A stretch of 63,285 nucleotides of DNA, counting the filler, from Reticulomyxa filosa (Eukaryota; Protista; Foraminifera), in the NCBI GenBank assembly GCA_000512085.1. It is 11 parts of 11 records of this genome, joined end to end, with 100 filler letters (N's around TTAATTAATTAA, not from the genome) between each part and the next. Parts side by side here need not be neighbours in the genome. Positions count along the whole stretch, not along the records: positions 2,823 to 16,961 come from ASPP01000591.1; positions 17,062 to 21,444 come from ASPP01029127.1; positions 21,545 to 23,965 come from ASPP01003599.1; positions 24,066 to 26,123 come from ASPP01013666.1; 7 more parts are not named here. One strand, written 5' to 3'. The translations under genes were made by a program, and so were the position numbers. A model generated the notes under the pieces. That model worked only from the letters and a program-made list of their open reading frames with translations. It searched no databases and had not been told where the DNA came from. Below are positions 12,113-25,356 of this stretch, one piece after another (position 1 is the first letter of the stretch; each line of letters begins with the position of its first letter).

Positions 12113-12947
12113 TTATGCTTTTTCTATTTTGACTACACAATGTTCGATTATTTTTTACGTTGGCACCCCTCAAACGTTTTAAATTTTAAAATCGCGTTTG
12201 TGCATCCCAGGCCATTCAAAAAGTCTATTAACTTGAATAAGTTTGACATGTATTTTCCTAATGAAGTGATAATTGGGATAGCATTTGCGTTATTTGTAAC
12301 TGTTTTCATTGTGATTTCTTTTGGACGAGTCTCTAAATTTCAATGAGAAAAAATATTTTTGTGTTGCTATTCCAAGCTCATTGATTTCAGCATTTATCGC
12401 AAGTTTTCAAAGTGCATTTTTTGGTGTAATCGTATCACAAGAATTCTCACGTCAAAAAGAAATCATGAAGAAAGGTATTAGCTCCAAGTGAACCAAAATT
12501 ATATGTGCAAAAGAGAGCCACTCCAAAAAATAATGGATACGTCTTTTTAAAAAAATGAAAATACAAACTAATTATTGAGCCAAATTTTCTTATTAACGCC
12601 TAATATATTTATACGATTGTCTCCTTCGTAAAATCTGTTGATAAATTTTGAAAGTAAACAGTGAAGAATACTTAATAAAACGTCAAGACAAGCAAATCAA
12701 ACAACATATGTTTAGTTAAGACGGATTACAGATATTTTTCAAACCACGTGATGTATCATAAATCGTCTGGCAATAGTACAGTTAGCAGCACAAAAGTGAA
12801 AGTTGAATAAGAGAGAGGGTGCCAGAGGGAGGAGAAAAACAAAAGCAAAACGAAAAACAACAAAGAAAAAAGATGAAGCAAAGTTCACTACATCAAACCA
12901 GAAACGCTTCCCTCTCCAAAACAATAACAACAATAAAAAAAAAGGGA

Positions 12948-14305
12948 TTATTTGGAGATCTTTTTATGTTTTCTGGAAGCACGTGATAATTTTTGCATAT
13001 CATTGACAATTAGCTGTAAAGAGGCTCTAAGCGTAGCCAAATAATAGCCAGGCATATCGGTTCGGTAGCTGTCGACAACAAAGTCATCAATCAATTCGAC
13101 TTCCGACCATAAGGTGTGTACGTTGGCATGGATCAGTATATAAGCAAACAGTGACAATAAGTCATCCGGTGTGCTATTTACAAATGTGAAAAAACAAAAC
13201 AAAGACAATATTGCCAAAGTATGTTTCTTAATCATTTCTACACATAAAATAAATAAATAAATAAATGTAAAGTAACATTGCAATCTGTTCTTTAATGGAA
13301 GAGGCTCTGTAATAATCGTCAATGCATTCTTTAATGATATCGGCAGTTTCGACGACACATTGAATTTTGATTTCAGGAATGGGCGAGTTTTTGACTTGTT
13401 TTAACTTTTCAATGGCACGTTCGTAAGGATCGAGTTGCTTTTTGGAAAGAGCTTTTTCTTTGGTGGGTTTGACAACCACTTTGGTGATGTTGACAAGACT
13501 GTCCGGCTTGACCACGACCAATGACTCGTCGGTGGATTCCAAGGGTAGTTCCTTTTCCTCCGTTTTTGTAAACGTATCTTGGATCCTTTTGGCCTGGTCC
13601 GACGCCAAGAATGTGCCGAACATTTGGTTGACATAGTCTTGTCGATAGTAGACGCTACGACTACGTGAGCGCGAGTGATGGAAGTGCTGAACGTGTTCAC
13701 GCTCGTGCTCATATTCATGTGCATTCGAATGTGAGTGTTGGACATGACGATGATGATGGTTATTATTATTATTATCATAATGATGGACCGAGGACAGAGA
13801 TGGCGAAACACCAGAGGAAAAGGATACTGTCTGCGATCGCTCTCGTCCTTGAAAGTTGCCGTTTTCTTTTCCCAGCGATACCTCCGTTTGACGATGAACA
13901 CGATATATGGACTCGCTTGGGATGTCGTGCGTGATGTCGCTATCGTTATCGCTGCCAACAGATGGCGACAACGCGTTCATCGTGATGGGCACATGTTGCG
14001 GCCTGATGAAAGATATATGGCGAAACCTTCCTTCGGCGTCTTGAGACACGTCCGTTAGAGAGAATCCCGCCTCGTTCAAATACATATCGGAATTGAGAGA
14101 AGGAAAAGGAGAGCTTCCAGGTGTTAAGCTGCTTTGAATCAAAGGAGACTCGACGCTGTTTTGTGGGAGTTTTAATTTTAAACTTTCAATCGATTCCACT
14201 TTGTTATTGTTATTGCTATTGCTGTTACTATTACTGTTACTATTACTGTTACTGTTACTGTTACTATTACTGTTACTATTACTGTTACTCTTATTCTCAT
14301 TATTA

Positions 14306-14354
<49 letters not shown>

Positions 14355-14698
14355 TGTTGCCATTGTCAGTAGTACTCACAGTCTTCGTGACTTTGGCAGT
14401 TTCACTGGTAGCAGTGGCGCCATTCGAAGTAGTCGCATTAGTGGTATTAGTAGTGGCATTGGCATCCGTGGTGCCCAAGGTATCTTTCGGAGTCAACTGC
14501 AGTTTTACCGACACTCCCAAGTCTTCCAAAGTAATGTTTTGCATTCTCGCCATTTGTCGAGAGAAGCGCTGTTCTTTCTTTTCATTTTTGAGTTTGTACA
14601 AATCAAACAACGTCGGAGACAAGCACATGAACAGAGCTCGATGGCTATTGTGGGTTTGTTTACAAAACATTATCCAAACTTATACATATGCATATATA

Positions 14699-14733
<35 letters not shown>

Positions 14734-15511
14734 AAAGCTAAGTTAAAAAAAAATCCATGTAACAACCTATCCCTATCCCATCATCTTTTACAATATCCTC
14801 AAACCAACAAAAAAAAAATTCTTAACAATTCAATTTGAGCGGCTTGAACAAAGGATTTGTTCATACTAATGTCAGGGAAGATATTCACCAACAATTCCAT
14901 AAACTTACTGACAAACAATTTCAAATCTTTGATGGCCTCCTTTAGCGTTTCAATGTCGTTTTGTTTGCACTGTCCAAGTTCACTTTTGCTTTGTAAACTG
15001 ATGCTCGCATTGATTTCGGTTCGCTGTCTTTGCATTTCCGGCGAAAACGAGTACTGCGCGTGGAACCAATTTGCAAACTTCGTTAACAACTCTTTCAATC
15101 GGTGCTTCGATCCTGATTCCAGCATTTGCTTCACGTAGTTCTTTATCAACTGTCGTGCTTTTCGTTTGTTTTGCTCTGTCATTGAACTGCAATATTCCGA
15201 CAAATGTTGACGGAATAAATTGTCTTTCATCGTCTTCTTGTCTTCTACACCATGAAATAGCCGTTTAAATTTGTCTGATGTCAAACGCTCACGTTCGACT
15301 TGCAGCTGTTCTTTCCCAATTTTTATTTCATCGGTTTTGTTTTATTTTGTTTTAACTTTTTTTTTATTTGTTCCGATTTTTTTTTTTCTTTTTTTTTTAC
15401 GGTACAACACTTAATGTTTATTTTCATCAAACTGTTATTCAACGAATGAGAACGCTGCTTTTTTTTCTCCAAGTTCTTCTTGAAGGTGAGCAATACATTT
15501 GCGTCTTGCAT
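12948..15511 (-). CDS. VPS9-domain Rab5-family guanine-nucleotide exchange factor, multi-exon
   Basis: PYERAIEKLKQV...PEIKIQCVVETADII...TPDDLLSLFAYILIHANV...GYYLATLRASL; 5' exons approximate. Confidence 0.88.
14201..14353 (-). repeat. Compound microsatellite encoding poly-N and (NS)n
   Basis: (tta)n and (ttactg/ttacta)n runs; these explain the spurious overlapping ORFs here. Confidence 0.95.
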
Positions 15512-15942
15512 CGTGATTACACTATATATTAGATTTATATATAACCTAAAAAAAAAAAGTGCACTTTTTCACTTTGTGTTGCGAGTTTGATTGATTCTAG
15601 TGAAAAACAATGACAGGGGAAGAATTCTACTATTTTTTTTGTGCTTGAATTATCCAGACGAAAGCAGCGTGATATGTTTGTGTAAGCAACACTTTGGAAA
15701 GTTACAATTATCGCATTTTGTTCTGCAAAAACACTTGTCAAGCTGTAAACACAGAATCGAGGCTTTTTAATAAAACTTTTTTACGACGATGTCATAGTCA
15801 GTGTGTGAAGCACAGCACAAGCAAGTGTAGCTTCTTTGTGACAAAAAGAAAGCAGAAACTGAAAGTTTTTTTTGACATAAGAATTACTTTCTCACTCCTT
15901 GGGAATGTAATATACTTTTTAAAAAAACAAGATCGTGGAACC

Positions 15943-16850
15943 ATGATGTACAAACAACCCGTCATCCGTGCTGTGGGCACGGGCAACAGCAGTGCTTCAT
16001 CTCAACCCTTAAAAAGTGTTGAAGCAACGTCACCAGAGAATACCTCATCAAGCACAGCAACAGCAACAGCAACAACAACGACCCCCAGTTCTTCGAAAGT
16101 GGTGAGTGAATTGCATATGAAATTAGAATCCCGCCTCGGAGAAATGTCAGAAAAGAGTACATTGAGCACAAGCGTGAGCACAGACACGGACCAGCAATCC
16201 AGTCATAGTAATGGAAACCACGTGCAATGGACAAAGAACGCCAACAGCGTAGCAAATCGATCAAGTCCGAATATGCTTGCCCACGTGTTCAACACGCCAA
16301 CGAAGCCCGAGCATAGTACAAACTCGAACTTGAACTTAAACTCAAAGTCAAACTCGGCTGATGAAGGCGTTGATACAAGTAGTATTTATTTCAAGAAGAA
16401 AAATATTGGTATTCGAAAGAGATTGAACACGTCCGAGGGACTCAATTCCAGCGCACGACCGCCACAGCAGCCACCACCACCGCCTCCACCATTACCACAG
16501 CAACAACAGCAACAGCAACAGCAACAGCAGCATCCACCTCTACCTCCACCTCCGCCCTCGATGCAGGCGCCACAGCCACCTTCTTCAATGGCCCCGGAAC
16601 CTCCGAAAGATAAAAAGCAGCGCACTAGCAACAGCGTGCAGCCACCTTTGGCAAGCGAAGGCAACACTTTGCCACCTACTCCCAAATTCAGCAGACAAGC
16701 CAACTCTGAGGACGGCTTCACGCTGCAGCCGCTCACCGAGAAAGTGAAGACCAGCTCTCCTGCCGACATGAATCTCAATCCGTTGCACGGCTATTCCGCA
16801 AACAATGTCGTCAATCAAAAAGACCAACTCAAACAAATGTTTAACTTTAG
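15943..16850 (+). CDS. 5' part of a Ser/Thr-, poly-Pro- and poly-Gln-rich protein, cut by the spacer
   Basis: GC-richer ORF from MMYKQPVIR with PPPPPPP/QQQQQ tracts, followed by an intron-like TA-rich stretch and the gap. Confidence 0.7.
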
Positions 16851-16961
16851 ATCAAGTCATCATACCTTTTTCTATTCCAATCATTTTTTTTTGTGAGTGT
16901 ATCGTGTACTATGTACATTGTTATACAATGTGCAATGTATATATACATATACATATATATA

Positions 16962-17061
16962 NNNNNNNNNNNNNNNNNNNNNNNNNNNNNNNNNNNNNNN
17001 NNNNNTTAATTAATTAANNNNNNNNNNNNNNNNNNNNNNNNNNNNNNNNNNNNNNNNNNNN
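16962..17061. other. Artificial contig/gap spacer
   Basis: N44-TTAATTAATTAA-N44. Confidence 0.98.
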
Positions 17062-17186
17062 CCTTTTCGTATTACATTTAGTGTAGCTCTTCACAGTAGA
17101 CTTCCACATTTGGCACTCACTGTGTTAGCGAACGAAAAAAAAAAATAGCATTAGCAACAAAACTGTTGGAACACAAATGATCACAG

Positions 17187-18173
17187 GTACTGACGGAGCA
17201 AAAACATCAAGATAAAGATGATGTGAAATTGGGCCACAAGTCAGATTTTGGTGTTCCTGCAACCAAACAGTTATTGAGTGAGCAGCCTTTTGCGGCGCAA
17301 TCACGAAATGATGTTATAGTAGACCTGGATATTCGCCATTTGGACCACGAGGTAATCAAGTTGGCAATGGAACAATCTAATCACTTTGGCTATATTCTTA
17401 ACGGATGCATAGATAATTTTCCACGTTGGCGAAGACAACTTTTGGCATGAAAGGCTAAATATCAAATCACCGATGATTTTTGTAAGAAATATATAATATC
17501 ACAATGTTTAGCTACCGATGTTCAAGAAATTGCATTGTCAGAGAACAACAATACATTTAATTTATTAATGTATTGGATGTGTAAGATGTTTGAAGGTAAA
17601 TATCATGTAACAGAAAGGACTTTGGAACTGCTTCAATTCAGCACGAGTCATAACGAGGGACCAGCTGATATTTTATTAAAATTGAGACAATCAAAGTTCG
17701 CTTTAAAATTAGAATTGGAATATTCAACCGAATGCAACGTCCCAGCGAGAAAGAGGTTGAAACCTTGAGACGAGAGATTAATGGAATCGTTGTTGGGGTC
17801 ATTAGTTGGAATTATGAGACAGTTGGTACATGAACAAAACCTAGCAACGCTAAACGAAACAGAAAAAGCTCTGGGAAACATACAGAACATGTTCGATGAT
17901 GAAAGACAAGCAAAACATATGATCTATAGAAAAAAATGGTATCAAGCAACATCAATGAAAAGATGTTCAAGATTTAACAAAATACATTATGGTCATGAAA
18001 ACAAATCAGATAGAAACAATCATTTTACAGTTAGAGAAAAAAGGGGTTATAAGATCAGAGATGATACGTATATGGAACAACATGATAATATTAACTTGAC
18101 AAGCCAAAGTGGTGTAGCTGCAACTACAAGAAAGCAAATGGCGAAAGACAAAAAGCAAGGAAGTAAGAAGTAG
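17187..18173 (+). pseudogene. Intronless interrupted ORF, possibly a retroelement Gag-like relic
   Basis: Three tracked ORFs share one frame and are separated only by single TGAs (17448, 17766); NFPRWRRQLLA*KAKY and the basic C-terminus are weakly Gag-like; no zinc knuckle or pol seen. Confidence 0.4.
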
Positions 18174-18584
18174 TTGGTTGAGTAAGTTTAACCCAAAGGG
18201 AGCTCATCAGTTCCATAAGAGTTCAGCCATGTGTAATAAGGGCTTGCACTACAACATTGATGTAATAACTTCATAAATTTGAGAATATAGTGTTTAATTA
18301 ACCTTTAGGTGAATTTGTATATTACTTTGTGCTCAAATTGCAATTCTTGTTCAAATATTTGGATATTGAATTGTCAGACTGCTGATTTTGGTAAAACTAC
18401 ATAATAAAAAAACTGACACATAAAATGCCAAGTGAAAATTATTACAACATTAAAATTACTTGCCAATATATTTTAACAATACTATGCCACAATTGAAAAA
18501 TGTATCTTTTGAGTGGCATCAATCATATATTAGTAACAAAACGTTCGTATTGTAGTAAGACTTTTTTCTCGTTCTAAGTGGGAG

Positions 18585-20040
18585 ATGTCAATATCAAAAG
18601 ATCCAAACGTTTCAAATTTAGAACGACAATTGGCAGAATTTGAAGTGCTCGGTTCAGTGTATTCAGATTCTATTTCGGTTGACAGCAAATTGTTAGAAAA
18701 TCTCAAGTCATTTGTAGAAAACCCGAAAGCAGCACTTCCAATAACTTCTCCACTCCGCTTTGACATTAAAATTGCAACAGGTGTTTGAAAGAAGAGGCAC
18801 GCACATGTAATGATCAAAGAGAAAAAAAAAAGAAACGCTATATAATCAATAAAAAACAGATATAATTGTGCAGTGCACTTTGCCATTGGATTATCCACTC
18901 ATAAGCCCACAAATAGCAATTGATATTTGTAATAATCGACGCGGCTATTCGAAAGTTTCGTTGGATGAGTCGAACGAAAAAATCTCAACTTATTTGAAAA
19001 CGAATTTTGTTCCATCTCAAGAGACATTGTTTGAAACATTGGATTGGATTATCAATACCAGTGACATTGTGCAATCGATTGAAAGTTTGTGTTCTGACAA
19101 AACAACAGAAGTTAAGTCACCGAAAGACAATTACACAATGAATCGAACGTCTCAATATCTGCTGGAGATCAAACGCTTATATATATGGTTTCACCACATC
19201 TACGATCCCAAAAAAAAAACTATTGTTCGCAATTCGGCCACAAATTTGAAATTGCGAGGATTTCTGGTGACAGGCAAGCCAGGTCGGAGAATAAAAAAAC
19301 AAAGGACTTACAACACATACAAAAGCTAATGTTTGTGTGCTTGGAAATTAAAAAAAGGCATTGTCGTCGTCGAAGGATATCCCAATAAGGTGGACGAATT
19401 TGTCACGGAGTTAAAAGAGCTCTCTTGGCAAAAAATGGCAATTCGTGCCAAGGATAACGAAAGACATACCTTGGATACATCGAAAGTTGAAAATGAAGCC
19501 CAATTGAAAAAGTTAGAAGACAAGTTTTTTAAATTTACGGATTGGGAATACCATAACTTCGAACCAAATGAAAAGGGTGGAATGAAAGTAGTGAGCGATT
19601 TGTTGAACAAACATCAATTATCACATCACTACAATACGTTAGTAAATATGAATGCTACTATTGATTACACTCATTTAAATAATTCACAAAACAACGAACC
19701 CAAAGATCAACAGAATAATACTGACACGCTTAAATGTATTGTGGCAAACAACAATTCGTCGGATGACAAAAGTGTTTGTATTCAATGTCGCGTCACACCC
19801 AATGCAAAGGCAACGGAAATTGCCAAAATCGACAAGAATGATGAGTGGATGGAAGTTCGTTTAAATGCCAAACCCAAAGACGGTGAAGCTAATACTGAGT
19901 TGTGTCGATTTATTGCTGAGAAGTTCAAAGTAGCGAAATCAAATGTCTCCTTAAAAAGTGGCCACAAAAGTAGAAACAAAGTTGTTTGTATTCGTGATGT
20001 CACTTTACAACAGGTCACAAAACTTCTCAGTCTAACTTAA
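18585..20040 (+). CDS. RWDD2: RWDD2-like protein (RWD + DUF1115) fused to a C-terminal DUF167/UPF0235 (YggU) domain
   Basis: EFEVLGSVY and LPLDYP (RWD); RLYIWFHHIY...GKPGIVVVEG...LSWQK (DUF1115); RVTPNAK...PKDGEANTELCRFIA...SGHKSRNKVV (DUF167); introns 18781-18859, 19283-19357. Confidence 0.88.
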
Positions 20041-21444
20041 ATTTGTATTTAGATTATTCTGTCTCTTTTCGTTGTCCACATTTATTCAAAAGAATAACAT
20101 CATCTTGTTTTACGATTATTTGTCTTGTGAATCGTTGGCGTAATTAATTATACAATCTAATATTTCTTGGGAAATGCCAATTAACACAAGAGTAATCTTT
20201 TCTTTTACAATTCGATCTAAAAGAGCATTTTTGAAAAGTACATTTTAATTTGAGGAGTATTTAACTTTTGATCACAGTCACTGGTCGTTCTTCAAATGAT
20301 GAAGTTAAAAATTACTTATAGATACTATCTGATTTATCAATTAAATATAGTCACATATTGCAAGAAATTATTACATATTTGAAACCTTGTCATTCCAAAA
20401 GCTACCAAACATTGTTACTAATTTCGAAATACGGATGCTAATGTTTACAAAAATTTTTAAGTAAACGTTCCATTGTAAAATTTTTTTCTATATAGGATCT
20501 GAAATAGATTAAGACTCAAACAAACAAATGTGCAAAAACATTACAAAGAACGGCACTTTTAAAAACTGTAATAAAAAGTTGATTTTGGAGTTTTAATAGC
20601 TTTGAAAACACTACATACAGAGAGGCAACACAAACGGAAAATATCTGATATAAAAAATTTGTTGATAATTTGAAAACAGGAATATTCCAAAGCGAATCAG
20701 TTAAAAAGTTGATATATGTTTTTGTAATAACACAAATTGAAATAATAACAGGAAAGACACTGCTTGGACTATTTTCAAATCAGATCTTACAATAATGACA
20801 AAGTACAGAACTTTTTACAAAAAATTGACTTTGTTCGAAGTTATATAATCAAAAATCAAAAAAAATTTTTGCACAAATTTTGTTTCCAAGCAACAAATCG
20901 AAAGACAAGATATAATGTGGTGCGCTTAAAAAAAATCTTTTGTAATTATAACTCTTTAATTTGAAGAAAGAATAAGCATAATAAAATTTTTGTGTAATTT
21001 TTTAAAAAATATTCAAAAATGTAATAATATTGGTTATCAAAGAATGACAAATTTCAAAAACAAAAATAAAAGAGCTTTATATTGAAAAAATGATCAGTAT
21101 GTAACCATTCAGATATGCCACTACGAAACATTGAACAAAATGACAATGTTAATGCACAACTAACACTACTTACACATTCTTCTACATTGCCAATCGCAGC
21201 CCATAGCCTGAGTGCAGTGCAAATCAACTGCTTACTACATCAATACTTTACTGTCACGTGTTGCATTGAGGTAGTACCGGATAACTTTTGTTTAAATTAT
21301 ATATTACATATAATATTTCATGCAACAAAATATTTTCTTGCGTTACACAGTAATAGTTGTTTCTAAATCTAAAACAATAAATTTAATTTTTTTACAGTAA
21401 GTTGCAAATAAAACTGAGCGCATAAAACGGTATCCTATGATGAT

Positions 21445-21544
21445 NNNNNNNNNNNNNNNNNNNNNNNNNNNNNNNNNNNNNNNNNNNNTTAATTAATTAA
21501 NNNNNNNNNNNNNNNNNNNNNNNNNNNNNNNNNNNNNNNNNNNN
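21445..21544. other. Artificial contig/gap spacer
   Basis: N44-TTAATTAATTAA-N44. Confidence 0.98.
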
Positions 21545-23965
21545 TAAATCTACAACCTCTTACGTGAGCCTTCACAAATAAGGAGTTCATATTGAGATTC
21601 TTTACATGGAGTGGGTAGCTCCTTCAGAATTTGAAAGGTTTGATTACCACTGTGTCAGCATAAACATCAATGCATTTGTTTGTTCCAATAATGTGCATGC
21701 ATTTTCCCTCCTTGGTTTTGACCTCAATAACGTCTTTGAAATTGTGGTATTATCACACATTGTTTTTTCATTCTTTTGCATTGTAAGTTTATTTATTGTG
21801 TGAGCAAACTGCTTTCGTTTTTAAAAAATACTTTTGAACACCTCATTAGTTACTTATTATTTCACACACCCAATAAAAAAAAGACGATTGATTTTTTCAA
21901 TTGATTAGAACTTTGTAATCAATATAGTTATAGAAATAAATAAAAAAAAATGGAATAAAGGCCAGTGCGTTTTTGTGTTGTTTCTTTCTTTGCTTGGCGT
22001 TGTATTCATGGAGTTGATCTATTCGACGAGTGACATACTTGATCAATCAGTTTTGAAAATATTTGTCTGTGTCGTTGACGTAGCTTCTTCAATCTTTGCA
22101 CATGCATTTGCATATGTCTCTTTGGCTATTATAAAACAGCACGTTTTTCAGATACAGCGTCCAACTGGTGACTTCAAAGAAATGTTACAAATTATCCAAT
22201 CTAAATGTATTATTTTCAAATTACAAAACACTTGGGACATAAGTGTAATGACTGACGACACTAGAGATGATGATATATTTACGTCATTTAGCGAATAGTA
22301 AATGGATCAATTACATAAATATGTGTGTAGAAAAAGTATATACATCACAGTTCCGATATTTACATAATCGATCGTCTTACATATTTGCCTTTGTGTGAAA
22401 AGGCCAGCAGCTTTGTTGGATGGAAGGATTGGGCTTGGTCTGGTGTGTCGTCTGTGACTTGGTAGGAGACTTTATGTGTGGCTTCGTATCGCGCTTATTC
22501 GCTTGTTCGTCTTCTACGCTTTTTTTAAATCAGCTTGTCAATACTTGTGACCTTGCTATTCGCACAAGAGCTTTCTAATTGCTATGTCAATTTCTGTTCA
22601 ATTTTTCAAGTTTCACTAGTCCGCTCCTTCTTTCTTTGACTATTTTCAATACTTTCCAAACTTTGCTTCTTGTATAATTCCATATCCAATTGCTTACCTT
22701 CCAATGTCAGTGACGTCCGTTTTTTTGAAGCTTTTTTTTGGAAATATAAACATGTATCGATAACTTTTTAATATTTTTCAGCAAAAGCACCCCCCCTCCC
22801 ATTCGGACGCTTAGTTGATTATAATTGTGATTTGTCATTGTACAAAGTCTTAGTCTGATACTTGATGGACTCGAACACTGCAACGGAGTAATTCATGTAA
22901 TACACTCGAGTGTCCTATTCATCGGTAAAATCAATAGTTTGGATGACATGCATATTGAACAAAGAGATATTTTTGCACTAGCGATATTGTGTAAAACACG
23001 CAATTTCTCACCACCATTGTCATAATGCTATATCCCGATACTTTGAACAAACTTATCATACATTGCAAACATTACATCACAATGTTATCAAGCAACGCAG
23101 CAGTAGCCAAGTCCTGTGCAAGGATCGCTGAAAACGCATCGTTGCATTCACTATCGTGTCGCCGTCATTCCACGTGGTGATGCTTCGAGTATTCATATCT
23201 CGCATTTATAGTATGGCGCCTTCACAACGGTATCAATCGTCACATTGCTGACAGTCGTTTTGGCGGCTAATGGCCAATGAACGCAAAATTCGCCTCACGC
23301 ACTCAGCTTGATTGCATATGCCAAGCGCAGCTGCGAAAAGCACGTATTGATGACCCCGTTACATTTGAGTTCTCGCTTTTGCATTCCTATCCATCGATCA
23401 ACAGTGATTCGCACTTCCCATACTAATTGTAAAGTTTTGAGGGATTATATTTATCAAAGGTGAGTCTTCATCTTCTGACTCGCTTGCAAGCGTTCATATG
23501 GATTCGCTTCATGTGTTTTACCTTTTCACATACACATATATGTATTTTTTTTTGGCATTTTCTTTTTTTGGATTTCTCTTCGCTTTAGCCATCACTTGTT
23601 CGTGATTTTCCATAGCCATGCTGGTTCTGAACTCGATTTGATGAAGATGTATCTGTTCATGAACCGTGACATGGTTCCCAGGAGATTCTGTTTTCCGATA
23701 GACTCATATTGATGTTGGTCTGCAAGCACTCGAGCCAGAAGATGGTCATTTGCATTTGGAAGATGTCGTTGATGACATGCGAGTGATAATTGGATCTTTG
23801 ATTATGTCGTTAAGCGGTGGCCTCATAGAAATTCGAGTACATTTCAAAGTTGCTCATGTCGTAAGGTTTGCAATATTTGCCATAATTGCGAGTGCGGTGG
23901 CTGTCATTGTCGTTGGTTCCCCTACAGCCAAATATCAAGCAAAATGTGGATTCGATATATGGTGG

Positions 23966-24065
23966 NNNNNNNNNNNNNNNNNNNNNNNNNNNNNNNNNNN
24001 NNNNNNNNNTTAATTAATTAANNNNNNNNNNNNNNNNNNNNNNNNNNNNNNNNNNNNNNNNNNNN
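23966..24065. other. Artificial contig/gap spacer
   Basis: N44-TTAATTAATTAA-N44. Confidence 0.98.
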
Positions 24066-24239
24066 GAAAAAGTGGACACCAATGGAAAAGAATCATCACT
24101 TCAATCACAGCTACAAAAAGAGATGCAAATCATGGAGACCATGACAGTACCGCCTGGATGTATGGCCTATCAATTGTGTTAAAAATTTATGCATGTTGTC
24201 GTGTGCACATTTTGTAAGCCTTCAAAGATTAGAAGAGCG

Positions 24240-24543
24240 TTTGAATTCAATGGACAGCGTGTGATTTTCGCCGAATGTCAACAAATGTGGTTATATCAGG
24301 TCATGTTACAATTTGGGATTTGAAATTATGGGGAAGAATACATGAATTTGTAGATACAAATTTTGTAAAAGATGCAAAATTTTCTCCTGCTGGCTTATGT
24401 GTCATATTTTATTTGAGAAATGGCCTTATTCATATACACAATGTACTGGCAGGGAAACAATTGGACAAATTTCGTAGATGATGGTGATTCTATTGTGTTA
24501 TGCTCTAGTGATGGAAAAATTCAATTATGGAGACTACTATAAG
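24240..24543 (+). pseudogene. Degenerate WD40-repeat gene remnant
   Basis: VTIWDLK, VKDAKFSP and DGDSIVLCSSDGKIQLW in shifting frames. Confidence 0.65.
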
Positions 24544-25356
24544 CAGATAAAATCATATACAGTGTGATGATATTTATGCAAATTCTTTTTAAAGCGTTAA
24601 ATTAAAAAAAAGATTTTTTTGATTTAAATTTTTTTACATCATCTGATAAATCAGAATGTTTAATGAGAGAATTACATTTGATTCAAAAACTTTTTTATTG
24701 AAAAATAATATTAGTCACAAACATGAATAAAATCGTTGTGCGAACCATAACACATATTAATACTACAACAACGATTATTATTCCTTTTTTTTAATTAAAA
24801 AATTTAAGACAATACTTCAGCATTTTCTTGATTTCCTTTAATCACATACAATTCATTCTTTTTTGATCGAATATCCTATAAACAAACACTTTTATCATTT
24901 GATCCAGATAATATAGTATTTGCATCACCACTAATCCTAATTCATTTGATCCATATTTTACACTATTTACTATGGATGTAAATAAAAATACTTTCTTCTT
25001 GAAATTTATCATTTATCAAATCTTCGATGCTGCCTTTTCTTTTATTGATTATTAGCGAACAATATGAATGAAAAAAAAAATTGTAAAATTGATTCCGGAT
25101 TTTATTGGTATTAAACTTTTTAAAAGTCTAAAGAGATTAACTCCAACAGAAATTTCAACGCTGTAAAGAACCGAATTAAGATTAAACAAACGTGGATTCC
25201 ATCGTTTCTACATGTGATGTTATACTTTTGATTTTCAATTTTTTCTTGTTGTTTTGATTGAGAAACAATGTACACTGTATATAAATAAACACCGACCGAG
25301 AGGTTTGAAGACAAAAAAAAAAGCTGAAAGCAAGTATATTTTAATCATCGAATAAT

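Noticed and set aside
21545-23965. Decayed minus-strand coding-like region with a weak bHLH-like stretch (HHVE*RRH...NDAF)
   Set aside because: Many stops in every frame and the motif is too short to support a call
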